In this document: positions 1 to 26,100 of the stretch, one piece after another
Layout: each line of letters opens with the position of its first letter
How positions within the stretch are numbered: position 1 is the first letter of the stretch
DNA from: Harriotta raleighana
Lineage: Eukaryota
Reading direction: 5' to 3'
Assembly (NCBI GenBank): GCA_050575255.1
Contig: JBNZDD010013729.1
Span: 8,974,028 to 9,038,027, forward strand
DNA length: 64,000 nt
Notes under the pieces: model-generated
What the model was told of the DNA's origin: nothing
What the model saw: the letters and a program-made list of their open reading frames with translations, nothing else
Database searches by the model: none
Position numbers and translations under genes: made by a program

Positions 1-11492
<11,492 letters not shown>

Positions 11493-12007
11493 TCGGAGGC
11501 ACCGGATCCTGACAAGGGAAAGTGCTGGTTAGGGGAGGGGTTTAAGGTAAGCAACTTTGATGTAGAATACCTAACCTGAATGAGCTTGATGCTGGAATTT
11601 TAAGAGTCTGAAATATAAATGTATAATCTCCCCAGAACAAAATATTTTATCGTGAATATAAAAAAAACAAAAAAGACAATGGTTTTATAATTTTTAAAAT
11701 TCTGTATGTGAAAAAAAGTCACCTAGCTAATTTATTAGGATGGTGCTCAGGGATCATCTTGCACATGGACAGGAAGTCAGTAACAGGTTCCAAAGCATAA
11801 CCAGTTAGCTCAGCAGTAGTTTGGTCCAAAACGTAGGTAATCAGCAAATTAACTGGTCCGACCCCATTGGGCTTTACATCTGAGGAGGTTAAACATGCTG
11901 ATCCCTTCCAGCCAGTTGTTAATAAGTCCAGTCTGGCCTGTTACAGTATATCTCAGTCTGGCCTGTTATAGTTTTTCTCAACTAGTTTTGTGACTAGAAT
12001 TTCTGTA

Positions 12008-12013
12008 AATAAA
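12008..12013 (+). terminator. Candidate MYNN polyadenylation signal
   Basis: AATAAA ~515 nt after the stop, followed by a T-rich tract. Confidence 0.5.
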
Positions 12014-12779
12014 TTGATTTCCTATACTTGTCTATGTCTAATTTACATATTTCTGACCTGCAACTAAATGCCTTCTTTATGTGAGAGAAACACTATTAGC
12101 CAGTGGCCCAGTGAGTTACTGCTCTGCCAGATTCTGTGTGACCCTTATTTGGCTTGTGAACTTCATCTTAACTCCAATGCTATTTATTGCCCTTAAACAA
12201 AGCATGTTCAAAATGGATGCTGAAGCTTGGAACAACAGATGCTGAACAACTTAATGAACACACACACTCTTATTTCAAGGGCTTGGTATTGACCTTGATT
12301 GATAAGCAGACAGGTGCTCAAACATTTCCTAATGGGAAGGAATAAGAGATGGGCACCAGCAAGTTCACATAGATGTTGTTTTCATAGTGAGTGCAGAGGT
12401 CTATACGTATCAGAGTAACAGCTCTCTTTCTGCTCCTTAACTCTAACCAAATAGATTTAATAATAATGTGCTTAATAATGACATATATGGATCATGGAGA
12501 TTTTCTCACTCCCAGTGCTCCGGTTAACAATCCCCAAAATACAATTGGTCATTCTTTTCCCGGCTGTTTTGGGGACATATATGGCAATACTGATAACATG
12601 CCAGTCAGCTTCGCTCATCAGCAGGATTTGGAGAAGCAGACTTCCAATCACTGGAGGCCAGTATTCTTTGCATTCACCTTCTGGTAACCATGCAAACGAA
12701 AAAGGTAACCCTTAGTTGAACAAACAGCAGGACTCTTACCAGAGAGTGCTTTCAAATGGCATGGTCTGCAGTTTTACAA

Positions 12780-13210
12780 CAAAATTACTTTTGCATATCT
12801 TTCACGTTGGATGTTGTCCCAAGGTGCTGGACAGCCATCGTTTCGGACCCGAGCTGGGGCCAGGATCGGGGAGGGTAGAGGGGAAGGGGGATATATGGCA
12901 CGGTCAAAGAGGAGGGTCTTGAGGTAGGACTTGAAGGAGGCTCGGGAGGGGGCAATTCCCTCAATTGTGGGAATTCCAGAGGTTGGGGTCTAAGTGGCTG
13001 AAGGCTCACCTGCTAATGGTGGGACAGATGGGTCAGAGGACATGGAGCAGGAAGGAGCCTGCCGAGTGAAAGGAGCAGACAGGTTGGCAGGGAGGTAGCA
13101 GATGTGAGGTGAGGCCATGGAGGGCTTTAAAGGTGACGAGCAGCATCTTGAATTGAATCCTGCGTGTGATGGGGAGCCAGTGGAGTCGGTCGAGAATGGG
13201 GGTGACGATT
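12780..13210 (-). mobile_element. L2 LINE 3' fragment
   Basis: Same tail and 3' body as the other L2 copies. Confidence 0.75.
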
Positions 13211-13599
13211 AATTCATCTTATTAAGATCCAGCAGATGCCCTACAGCGCACTGAATGGTCCACAAGTCTTCACTCTCATCAACTGACATTAGGTAAATTG
13301 TTTGGGTGACTCCGGGAGGGGAGGAGAGTCTGCAGTATGGCATAAAGTGAATTTGCTGAGTTTCACTATGAGAAAATTCTATCAGGACACATCAAGACTC
13401 AACTAGCTCAGCAATTTCTTCCCATTTCTTAAATTATTCCAATGCCACTACAGCACTTGTAAATTTACTGAGGAGAAAAATCATAAGCTGCTCTCTATCG
13501 CCCTCTAATCACCACAAGGTGTAACTTCTCTCTGCTCCACAGACATGCAAACACAGAACCCGAATAAAATTACTATTTATTTTCCTGGCTGTTTTGCGG

Positions 13600-14110
13600 A
13601 CATTTCCATGGCAACCCTGGAGACCCTTCCCCCCGGGAGCCTCCCCCTCCCCCAGGGACCAGCCTCCCTCCCCNTGCGGACATTTCCATGGCAACCCTGG
13701 AGACCCTTCCCCCCGGGAGCCTCCCCCTCCCCCAGGGACCAGCCTCCCCCCCCCCACCCCCGGGGGGAGAAGTTCCTGTCACTATCCGCGAATTCTGTGA
13801 AATGTTTGTACTGTGGCTTCCCGCCGCGGCGTTGCCCCGGTAACCGCGGCCCGAGCCCGGGGCCTAATGGAGGAGCTGGAAGATGTGCTTTTTGAGGTAG
13901 AGAGTGGGTCAGGCTTGGGGCGTCGGCCGTCCGGGTCCGGGGAGGGGGCCGAGTGGGGTGGTCTGGGGGCCGGGGCCCAGCCAGTAAAGGCTCTGACCTT
14001 GGGTCGGTACCTGGCCGCCACGTTTGATTATTGCAGAAAGTCACCGACAGCGGCGAAGCCCCGTCTGAGAACAAACCCAGGATTTATTCTCAGACCTGGA
14101 GGGTTTGGCT
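13600..14110 (+). promoter_or_regulatory. CpG-rich LRRC34 promoter with RFX X-boxes
   Basis: High GC/CpG; ATTTCCATGGCAAC at 13602-13615 and GTTGCCCCGGTAAC at 13831-13844 fit the X-box consensus GTNRCC-N-YGGYAAC; the ATG is at 13867. Confidence 0.75.
13867..13896 (+). CDS. LRRC34: LRRC34 exon 1 ([10 protein letters not shown])
   Basis: ATG in the CpG island; GAG|gtagag phase 0 matches the next exon; not conserved enough to confirm by homology. Confidence 0.65.
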
Positions 14111-17100
14111 GTTAAAGTTCCCCAAACTAGGAGAAGCTTTATCCCGAGCTCCCCTTCCTCCTTCCGTCCGTCACATACTCATTCACTTCACAGCTATTTG
14201 GGGGACTTTGCAATGCACATGCTTCCACCCATGGAAAAGCCTCTCCCCTGAGACCCTCACAGAGGCTCTCACACCCTCTGACCTCCTACCCCTCTGGCCT
14301 TCCACCCACAGTGATCCTGACGCAGCCGTCCAGCTGCTCCACAATCGCCTCTCCTCCTCCTTCAACTCTCATCCCCCTGAAATCCAGGTCCGTCTCCTCC
14401 ATGCGCCCCCTCAGGCATCCTCAATCTTCACGTCAAATGCGAAGTGCGAGGAATTCATAAACTTCTCCAAAATCCACAATATCCACCTCCCCCATTTCAT
14501 CCCTCCTCACCCTCCTCGTCATCAGCTCCTACCACGACCCCCTTCCTACATTCTTTCTCCCATGTCTCTCCTTCCTCCCTCTCACACACCATCACCTCAA
14601 TAAAGCCCACCACCTGGTCCCTCGACCCCCTTCCCACCAACTTACTGGTCGCCCAGCTCCCCCTCCTCTGCCCACTGCTGGCTGATATCATCAACCAGTT
14701 CCTCCACAGGATCAGTCTCTGTCCCCTCAAAACTGCTGCCATCACCCACCTCCTCAAAAAACCTTCCCTAGATCCCTCAAACCCGAGCCACTATCACCCT
14801 ATTTCAAACCTGCCATTCCTTCCCAAAGCACTCAAACACGTTGTTGCCAACCAACTCTGCACCCACCTCTCCCACTCCCTTTTTGAACCCCTCCAGTCCG
14901 GTTTCTGCCCTGCCCACAGTACAGAGACTGCGCTTATGAAAGTCACAAACGATGTCCTCTCCATCTGTGACCAGGGCTCCCTCTGACTCCTTATCCTCCT
15001 GGACCCGTCCACTGCATTCGACACAGTCGACCACACCATCCTCCTCCACCGCTTGTCCTCCGTGGGACCGGACTTGCCTGGTTCAAGTCCTACCTCACAA
15101 ATCGTCAGCAGTACAACTCAATGAACAGTGTTTCCTCCCGCTCTCACCCTGTTACCTGCGGGATAGCCCAAGGATCCATCCTTGGCCCCCTCCTATTCCT
15201 CATCTATATACTCCCTCTTGGGGATGTCATCCACAGACATGGGGTACACTTCTACATGTATGTGGATGACACCCAACTCTATCTCTCCACCTCACTTTGC
15301 GACCCCCCATTCCCCTGATGTTCTGTCAGCCAACCTGTCAGACATCAGCAGCTGGATGAGCGCAAACTTCCTGCAGTTGAATGTTGACAAGACGGAAGCT
15401 ATACTCTTTGGCTCTCGTCAAGACTTCAATCGCATGGCTCTTACCTCCTCCACCTCCACCTTTACCCTAAAGAGATTGTTTTTAAAACAGAACGGAAAAT
15501 GTTCATTCGAACACAACAACCATTGTTCAATGATGTGTCATCAGTCTGTATCTCACAATATGTACTGTGACAAACAACTGGTGTTGTGCTCAATGTCTGG
15601 GATGGGGTCCGGTATCTGAGGGCTAGCACCCAGTGTCTGCGGGCTAGTGTCCAGTGTCTGAAGGCTAGTGCCCAGTATCTTTGGGCTAGTGGCCAGTGTC
15701 TGCGGGCCAGTGCCTGGAATCTGCAGGCTAGTGGCCAGTGTCTGCGGGCTAGTGTCTGTGGGCTAGTAGCCAGTGTCTATGGGCTAGTGGTCAGTGTCTG
15801 CAGGTTTGTGCCCGGTGTCTGCGGGCTAGTATATGGAGAGTGTGTCTCCAGATTCACAAACCACTGAACAGTGAAGAAAGGTTTAAATTTTGAGATGGCT
15901 CAAAAAAAACTGACTATTTCGGGCGAGGTTAGTGTCTGGAATGCACATACTGTTGCGGATGCTTGGTAGAGATGAAGCATGCATGCTAAAATGCATTGTA
16001 GAGATTCCTCCTATTGGAGGGCCTCCCCCCATATCTATAGCAAATTCTTTTAAAAAGTAATGTACAGGAAGCAAATGGGTCAGTGGGATTAACTAGCTCT
16101 TGTGGAGCAACTCCCGAGCACAGACCTGATGTGCTAATGGTATATTTTTGTCACTGTTTTGTCATTGGATACTAATGTCTCTTCTGTTTTTTTTAGAAAG
16201 AAACCTCAAGCCCATATTTTTTGATAGAACGTTATACAGAATTGTGTACAGAGCTGAAACTGTTGCCAAATCCATATATTGTGGATGTCCTTGAGCAAAT
16301 ATTCCACTTATCACCACAGTGAGTACCCATACTATGAGGTTGCATTCCTAGTCAAAGATGTTCACATGTTTTGAATGAGACATTAAACTGAGGTCTCATC
16401 TTGTTTTGGTAGACTTACACAATCATGTCACACTTTCAGAAAAGAAAAGGGAATTTCTCCTGGTGTCCTGGCCAACAATCCTTCAGATTAATTGGAGTCT
16501 AGTGGTTAGAGCACTCGCATTGCGATCGAGAGACCAGGGTTCAATTGCTGGGAAGAGCGAAATGTTGGGCAAGTTTCCTTACTCCAAACATCTCTGTTTA
16601 CCTAGTAGGAACCCGGTTGTTAGTTGAATGGCGAATCGCTTTTCCGAGGATAATAATTCCTTTTAGAAAATAAATATTGGTCACTTTAGTCCACAACCGT
16701 TTGTGGGACACTGTAGTGTGCAATTGGCTGCAATGTTTCTCGCACAAAGTATATAGTCAATTCACTTTACAGTACATTCTTTGAAGCGCATTGAAATGTC
16801 TCGAAGGTGATAAGGTGCTAATATCAAATGCAAAGATTATGATTTACCTTGTGATTGTTTCTGATGCAAATACTACCTCCTTTACTGACAAATTCAATCA
16901 CTTAACCTGACAGCAATTGCTGCAAAGCATTTTGAGGCATTTCAACATTATGAGCTACTATAAAAATGCAAGTTCTTTCTTTTCCTTCAGAAACCAACAG
17001 AACATTATAAATTACAGCACAGAAGGATGTCATTTTGGCTGTTACTGCTGGCTCATCAACAACAACAAAATTTCATTTCTAGAGCGCTTTTCACGTTGGG

Positions 17101-20100
17101 AGAACGTCCCAAGGCGCTGAACAATTAGGTCAAGACCCGAACAGTGGGATGGTTGGAGTGGGGGGAAGGAGAGTAGGAGATGGGAAAGAGTTAGGAGGGG
17201 AGCAGAAGGCACGGTCGAAGAGGAAGCTCTTGAGACCAGCCTTGCAAGAGGAAAGGGAGGAGGTGAAGCGAAGGAATTGCGGGATGGAATCAATCAATAG
17301 GTTGATGAGGAAGAATATCAATAACTAACGGGAAAGAAATCAGAATAGTTAAATAACATTAACTAACTAAGTTACTATGGTGTAACTTTAATGAACTATC
17401 TGAACTAATTTATTTCTCATGTTCTTCCCAAACCATTTTATATCCTCAATCTTAAATGTTTAGCTGATTACTTTCAAATTGAACATCTACTTCTAATCCA
17501 GTAGATAACATTCAATCATGTGCATTCTTTTTATCTTCTCATCCCATTCTCAAACCAGATTGTCTTGAGTTAGTCTTTAAAGTTCTTTCATTGGATTGGT
17601 ATTCTCTATCTCAGGTACAATAAAACCCTTGAGATGCAATTATAAAAATGAAATACATAATGGTTTAAGAGTGTTGAACCTTTGTGCTGGAGAAGTGATG
17701 AATAATTAATTTGCCTACAAATTACACAGTCACCACACTTTACAGTGTATCATGTGAAGCACTTTCAGATGTCCTCCTGCCTATATAAATGGAAGGATTA
17801 TAATTATTATTGTACCTTCAGTGCAGTCTCTTATATTAGAGTTTCTGAGATTTACTCTGTTGAATTCACACAGCCACGGGTGCCTGCCCCATGGCCAAGC
17901 ATTTTTTTAGACAATGAGCTTAGTGTTGTTGTCTATTTCCATTAGGTTAATGAATTCTCCTGCTTCTTTTCCAGGAAAGCCTATGCTGGTTTTCGGCTGT
18001 ATCTAGCTGGAAATTACAGATATTTTCCAGTAAAACGTTTGACAGATTCTGACACTGTTGCGTTAGTTTGTACTCTGTGCAAGGTATCATTTATCACAGG
18101 TCAGTCCTTCTGCTGAACTCTATTAATATTTTTGTCTCTTTTGTTAATTACTGGTTCATTCAAATTCAGTTACTTCTGATATCAGAACTCAAGAGTGGTC
18201 ATCTATCTCAAATGAATGCTAATGAACTTCATTTATAAGAATATGAAAATTTGCTAGGATGAATAAGATTATTGTAAACCCAGTTCACCTTCCACCATCC
18301 TGGCAGTCACTTGACGTATCGTGTTCCAAACCATTTAGTGATAAGAACATATTTTAGCTACACTGCCATTTTACTATCCTTATCCATCATTTTACTGAAT
18401 ATCTTTGCTGAATACAGCAACAACAAAATTACATTTGTAGAGCATCTTACACATCGAGAGGACATCCCAAGACACTGAAATACTGTTCTATCTTTCAGGT
18501 CTAGACCTAAGGTACAATAGACTAACAAACTGTGGAGCAGAACATATTGCAAAACTGCTGTTGGTAAGCAATGAATTTCCATCGTAAGGGTTGTAGAGAA
18601 AACATTGAAAGTTCAATGCAATTTGAACTCGGTCAGATACGATAGGCAGGGGACTGGAGATAGAGTACAGAACACCAGTGAGAAAGTAAGCACCAGTACA
18701 GACACGGTGTAGAAAATACAACAAATAGGTTTAGAATAGCAAGCTCAGTGGAGCGAGCATCATCACAGATATGATGGGGAAGAGAGGAGGGAATGGGATT
18801 AAAGTAGAGAGAGCTCAGTGGGGGATCGAGCACCAGCAGTCATGGCAAACTCCTGTTGCAAATAATTCTATGGTTGTGACTTCATTTTGAGCCTTCAATT
18901 GAGTTCCAACACAGCTCAGATTCTACATTGTCAAACACTTTAATAATAATAGTCCTTGCATTTGATGTAGTGCCTTATTACAACTTCATAGCGCTTCCAA
19001 GTATATACATTAAGTAAATTTACTTTATGGGTAAAACGCGGCAACCAATTGCGCATAGCAATGTCCCACAAACAGCTGAGAATTGAGTGACCAAATTATT
19101 TTAATCTATGTTAAAGGAATTATACCCAGAAAAGCATAGTGTTAGGTAAACAGAGTGGTATGGAGTAAGGAAACTTACCCAATGTTTCACCCTGGAGATG
19201 GCTTTCAAGTAAAAGTGGAGTTCTGTAGCTTAGTGATTGGAGCACTCTCCTCGCAAGCAAGAGACCTGGGTTTGATTACCCGCAGGTCAGGGTGAACCCT
19301 TGGGCAATTTCCTCACTCCACACTCCTGATAATAATCCCTCAAAACAAAATAGTACAGTAATAAGATTGCTCAATTAGTCCATGGCTGTTTGTGGGACAC
19401 TGCCTTATGCAATTGTCTCCTGCATTTCATCCATAAATATATAGTCAATTCACTTTACAATATATTTTGTGAAGCGCTTTGAAATGTCTAGAAGACGTGA
19501 AAAGCGCCACACCAAATTAAAGGATTATTATTATCTATTAAGAAATATTGTCACATGAAGCATCTCCTTTTCATTCATTTTATTGTACAGTTACTCTTCA
19601 CTGAAATTAGAAAATCCTAAACAAGCTCATATTGATATTCAGAAAGAAATTCAAAGTACTATAGCAGGATTATTTTCATAAACATTAACTGCTTAAATCA
19701 TCACCCACTTCTGCCAGCTCATTCATGCATTTGTCATTTCCAGGCTCCATTTTCCCCCTAATTCTCCATAAACTCCAAGCTACCCAGAACTCTACAGCCC
19801 TTATTCTCTGCCATACCAGGCTCAGCAAACACATCACCCCATGCTTGTCTGTTTCCCAGTGAATCGATTTTAAGATCCTCATCCTTGTCTTCAGGTGGCT
19901 ACTTATTCTTGCACATCCTACCTCTGTGATCTTCTGGCCATCCTTCCATTGTACCCTCTCTGACCTATTTCATGTCCTCTGTCTCACCATTGGTGGGCAA
20001 GCTTTCTGACACCTTACCCTAAATCCTCTATAATTCTCTTCTCAAATCCCTTTACCTACCCTTCCCTTTTGGCTGTCAAAACCTGTTAAGAAACTCACCT

Positions 20101-23100
20101 GCCTCCCAGTTTAGCATCCTGTTCATCCTATGAAATGTTCATGCTGTATGATCTTATATCTTTATCTGGTCCATTATTATGCATTTACATGTTAATGAAT
20201 ACTCATTTTTTATTATTTCAGTCAACTCAATCACTCGAATATCTTAATCTAATGTGTAATGAGATTGGTGTCAATGGAGCAGAGTGGCTGGCAAAAGCAT
20301 TGCAAGTAAGTCATTGGATGTTTATCAGGCAGTGGTTGATGTAATTCTTTCCCCATTTTCTGGCTGACTAGATACTAAACTGTGTGCTTCACAAGGACAA
20401 GGAAGGATCCAGGTTTGATCCCCAATCTATGGTAATTTAGCTGATTCAAATCCAGGAGAAACAAGAAGAACTCAAATTGAATTTAATAACCTGAGCCCAG
20501 GAAGACAAATATTTGTCCAAATCTGAGGGGAAATTATTTGGAAAAGTTGAAATAGACGAGAGAGCATTTGTAGTATTTTTTACTTTTTTAAAAAAATTGG
20601 ACCAGCCTAATAGATTGTGATAGTTTTACATTTCTATATATTCTATACATTACAATATACCATTAGGTTGATCTACTCACTAGACAAATATTAAAACAAA
20701 CTAATTTTTTGTGAGTGATTAAATTGCAAATTTTTCTAAAATGATTTGTTCATAGGATTAAATAATTTCACTTATACTACTGTTTTAAAATAAGTCTGCT
20801 TTCTTCATACAGGAGAATCATACACTGAAATATTTGAGGATGAATGGCAATAAATTTGGCAATAAAGGTGGGATGTATTTTGCCACAATGCTGCAGATTA
20901 ACTGCACTCTGGAAGACTTGGACCTTGGAGATTGTGATTTGGTAAGCTGTTGAATGTACTGGCCTGGCCCTTTGAAAGAGCTGTGCTCTAATTTCCATTT
21001 TATTTCCTCTATGCTTTTATATACAATAAACTTCTGATAACTGGTAACTCCAAGGGAATAGGGATCAGCCACAAGTTATCCAACAACAACAAATTACATT
21101 TGTATAATGCCTTTCAGATTGAGTTAAGAATAGATCCTCTCTGGTCACAAGGGGGCACTGTGACTGATATAGATGTTGGTACATATGCTGAGATGCATCA
21201 CGGATCTGGGAGTGCGGGCATCTTGTAGGTTGACTTATCCCATCAATTTTACATTTTATGTGCAGTACTTAGAATTTCTACAGTGTGAGTAGTTATGTAT
21301 AAAACATTGACAAGTGGAGTCTGTTAATAACCTGTTTGCATGGGAAGTGGCTTGGATATTGGCAAAACAGCTATTTACGTGGCAGTGACTAGTTAGTGAC
21401 AAGTTAAACCAGTGTCTTGTTACTGCATTAAGCATTTAAAAGTCGTTTGCTTTTAAATATTTGTCCGGTTCACCATTAGAAGTTTTGTTGTTACTCAATG
21501 CTTTGGGGGGAATTGTCTTTATCATCATTAGTAAGTTGTAGGCTCTACAGTGAAAGCCATAAGCTATAAGCGCTCTTCGGGTAACTAGTCTGTAAATATT
21601 GTAAACATGTGTTTCTTTTTTTCCCTTTCTGTTTTTTCTTTTTTTTGTAGGAAATAGAAAGTCTAATTGCACTAACAACTGCACTAAATAAAAACCGAAA
21701 CATTAAATCACTGAATGTCAACCGACCTCTGCTTTATGGCACACAGGTAAACAGTCAGTCTATATTGGGAGTGGCTAGCAAGTTGGAGATGAACAGTTTC
21801 TGCCTAAATCAAACATACAGAGCCAAGGAAAAGATGCTTCAGGGCCTTGTAAACTGGAAGTTTTTAAAGCTTCCCTCAAACTCTAAATAGAAGCAGTCTG
21901 ACTGACTCAAGCAGATAAGTTATCTCAATTGATTCTCTGCTGAGTTAAATGAACTCAGTCAGGACAGAGTAAAGGCACTTACATTTAGCATCAATGTCCC
22001 AGACCAGAAAATAAATCAGACAGGTTCCTGCTCCAAACTGTTGATGCAGGCGCCTGCAGAAATGCACAGGGAACTCTGGCAATGGCTGTGATAGCTACCC
22101 ATTATCAGCCTACGAATTATGAATGTTCAGGGTCAATGAAAATATATGTTCAAGATCAATGTCAACTCTATATACTGTACCTTAAGTTTTAATTTTAGGA
22201 TCTAAATTGAAACTTATGCTAACTGTGCAGAAGTGTGAAAAGAGAGAATTCCTTTATTATATAATTAGCAATCTCAGTACAAACAGGTTTATGATTCATT
22301 AGCACAACTCACAAATTGGACCCTACCAATGCTAAATTAAATAATATTCCCTGTTTGTAGTGAATATTGTTCTTATTTGAGCTGTTTTATATAGAGATGA
22401 CTGAAAGAAGACCAGATCTGATCAAATTTAAACTTACAATAAAAATTTACTTTGACCATATAGAGGTAGATTGGGTAATTGCAGACTTCCTGTGTGCACC
22501 GAGGTCATAAGATGAATTTTATGCAAAATTATGTTTCGAAATATAGGTAGGTTTGAACCCCAAAATATGTCATTGTCTTTAGGAAAGGGTATCTGTGCAT
22601 GTAGCTCTCATGCTGTCAATTAATAAAACTCTTCAAGAACTGCACCTCGGGAAACAAAATTTGAACAATTCCGACGTAGACCAACTTTGTGAAGCATTGT
22701 TTAAAAATCAATCCCTCCGATACCTTGATCTTCGCTGGTAAGGATTCATCTTGTTTTCTTTATAAGGATATGAAATGTAACCTGGAGGATGATCAAGGCT
22801 GATGGTTAGACTGTATCTATATTAAATCAACTTCCCTTCAAATGCCTTTCTGCATCCTAGACATTCTCAAATATAGCACCCTATCACATTGAAATATGTG
22901 GAAGTGCTTCACAGAGTTTATTATTAAATGTAGTAATTGTGTGTGTTGTAAGTGAATGCAACTGACAAATTGCATTCTTCAGTACTACTCAGTTAACGTT
23001 GGGCTGTGTTTTTGAAAAATAAGATTTTAACTGAAACGATTGATAATGAAACCCAAATTACTATAGTCGTAATGGTATAAATAGGGATTATGTTTCCTCG

Positions 23101-26100
23101 GTACATTTCTTGTCTAAATATTCTTACACAAATATTAAATAAAGAGCAAAAACAACACTACTACTATTGAGAATTGAAATAAATGTTTAATAAGTACCAA
23201 TATATCAACTAAATAATAATACGAGAAAACTTATTGGAGATGATTAATGCAGTAGTGGGTAACGGTGAGTGGCGGGGGCAGAGTCATTCAGATGAAGGGG
23301 CGGGTGGCCTTTTAAAAAATCTCCAATGTTTGCTGAACTGCTTTTTTTTTCTGGTACAACTGCTTGATGGATAAGAAATAGGAGAGGATCAGAGATAGCT
23401 TACACTATCTGTGACACTGTATACCTGTAGGACCAAGGTGTGAATCATTAGAGGAAAAGTAGTGATGATATTGGGATAGATAGAAAAAGAAAGTACTGTA
23501 CCTTTCATTGTGACCCTGCCAAACTCACCATGAACCTTGAACAAATCATGTTCTTCAGGATTCCATGAGAAATTCTTAACTGTTAAAGAATACTTTAACA
23601 CATTTATTTTATAGTTCTTAATGAATGTAGCAATACGGTTTCATTAAATATATAATGTAGAACAATGAATTTATGCACAATATATTGTTTAATTCATAAA
23701 TAGATGATCTATAGATATATATATTATATGTATATATTATACATGTGTGTGTTCTAACAGTAACATGATATCCTGTGATGGTGCTCGGACCCTCGCAGAG
23801 GTACTCAAATACAACACTCCTCTGCAGATTCTGGATCTAACTGCAAACAGGATTGAGGATGAAGGATTGGTGTATATCAGTGAGTCTTTACTCTACTTGA
23901 ACAACAACCTGAAAGCGTAAGTACATTATAAAAGTAATTTGGCTTGTGTCCATATATTGCCCATTATATGTTATACGACAGACACCCAAAACAACGCAAC
24001 CCAACCTATACATCTGAGCCCACATTTACCACAACCAGTGAGTGTCAAGCTATGGGTGTCACATGGAGTTTGATTTTTAGATCAATCAATCAAAATTACA
24101 TTTATATAGCGCCTTTCACGTTGGGAGTACATCCCAAGGCGCTGAACAGTCAAGTAGGGATCAGAGCAGGGAGGGAGAGGGAGGGGGAAGGAAAGTAGGA
24201 AAATTTACTATATTTGTGGGCGAAACGCAGCAGCCAAGTTGTGCACAGCAGTGTCCAACAAACTGTCATGGAAGTGGGGTTAGGGGAGAAAGAGGGGAAA
24301 GATGGCAAGGGGAGGGGTTGGAGTAGGAGGAAGGAGAACAGGAAAAACCGATGGCCATTCTCTTCGGCCATTCCTTTGGGCACCCTCCTATGACTACCGT
24401 CCCTGACCTCTTTCCTCCTGATCCCAAGCCCCAGCACAGGTGTAAATCCTTGACTATCCAGCACCTTGGGACTATCCTCCTGACGTAAAGGCACTATACA
24501 AACAGGATTTGTTGTTATTACCTTATTTATTTTCTAGATCTGTCATTTCAGGTTGGCTGTGGTCAGTAATTCCATCACTGGAATTGGTTTGGTTGCATTT
24601 GCAAATGCCTTAAAGGCCAACAGATCTCTAACACACTTTTATTTCTGGGGGAATGAAATGGACGAAGCTGCCTGTAAAGTAAGAAAGTATATTCTTGCCT
24701 TAGAAACGAATCTTTAGCAGAACATTATTTATAGTATTTCACAAACCTGACACAAAGAGTACCTAAATAAAATTTAGAAGAGTGACTGACTCAGTACGTC
24801 ACGTGTTGGATACTAGAAGTTAGGATTTATCATAGATATCATAGAATGTTACGGCACAGAAGGAGGCCATTCGGCCCATCGAGTCTGTGCCGGCTCTTTG
24901 ACAGCAATGTCACTTTTATTAACCCCAATCACCAGCTTTCTCCCCATAACCCTGCAAGCCTGTCTTCGCCAGATACCTATCCAGTTCTCTCTTAAAAGCT
25001 GCTATCAAATCGGACCTCACTACCCTTTCAGGAAGATCATTCCAAATTCGAACAACTCTCTGAGTGAAAACATTTCTTCTAACCTCCCCTCTGCTTCTTT
25101 TGGTAGATATCTTAAGATTGTGACCTCGGGTCACAGTCTTAAGCGGCTACCAGCGGAAACAGCTTTTCCCTATCTAGCCTGTCAAAATCTTTCATGATCT
25201 TGAAGACCTCTATCAGGTCCCCGGGTAATCTTCTCTGCTCTATATATTTATAGTTGCAGTCTGAATATTCCCAATGATATTCCTCCATTTCATCAAATTC
25301 GAAAGCACTTATGGGATGAAATTCCAAAGCTTAGGGGCAGAGAGGCTGAAAGCCCGGCCACCGATGATAGGGCAGGTCAGAAGGGAGACATGGAGCCGGC
25401 CGAAGTGGACAGGTTGATAGGGGATCAGCAGGTTAGAGAGAAGGAGGGGCAAGGCCTTGGAGGGCCTTGAAAGTGAAGATGAGGATCTTGAATTCTACCC
25501 TCTGAAGGATGGTGAATCAGTGGAGCCGGACGAGGTTGGGGGTGATGGAGTCGGTGAACCTGGTGTGGGAGAAGACACGAGCTACAGAGTTTTGAATGAT
25601 CTGCAGCTTGTGAAGGGAAGATTTGGGGAAGCTGGCAAGGAGGGTGTTGCCGTAGTCGATNTGGGGGTGATGGAGTCGGTGAACCTGGTGTGGGAGAAGA
25701 CACGAGCTACATGATCTGCAGCTTGTGAAGGGAAGATTTGGGGAAGCTGGCAAGCAGGGTTTTGCCGTAGTCGAGNTGGGGAAGCTGGCAAGGAGGGTGT
25801 TGCCGTAGTCGATCTTTGAAGTATGAACGCATGTGTAAGGGATTCAGCGCCTGAGGGATGAGGCAGTGGCAGAAATTAGCAATATTGCGGAGGTGATGGA
25901 AAGTAATGCTGGTCATGGCACAGATACAGGGGAGAAAGGACAGTTCAGGATCAGACAAGATCCCTAGGTTCCTGACTGTCTTAGTGAGATGGAGTGTGCA
26001 TCCATGGGTGCTGATGCTACCAGTGCCTGAGGTGCCGAGGTACTGGCGCGAGCCAATCAGGAAGATCTCAATAGAGTTGGGTGTCATTTACATACATGTG

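Noticed and set aside
13595-13755. Duplicated 78-bp block giving an extra X-box
   Set aside because: Split by N at 13674 next to a poly-C run; assembly artefact
15586-15867. Repetitive 93-aa ORF (CLRASxQ)n
   Set aside because: Translation of the 21-bp intronic minisatellite
16494-16570. tRNA-Ala-like sequences (also 19217, 35398, 45070, 45974, 52080, 53304)
   Set aside because: Degenerate cloverleaves continuing into a common SINE body; these are SINE heads, not tRNA genes
25535-25815. Repeated L2 pieces
   Set aside because: Joined by Ns at 25661 and 25776
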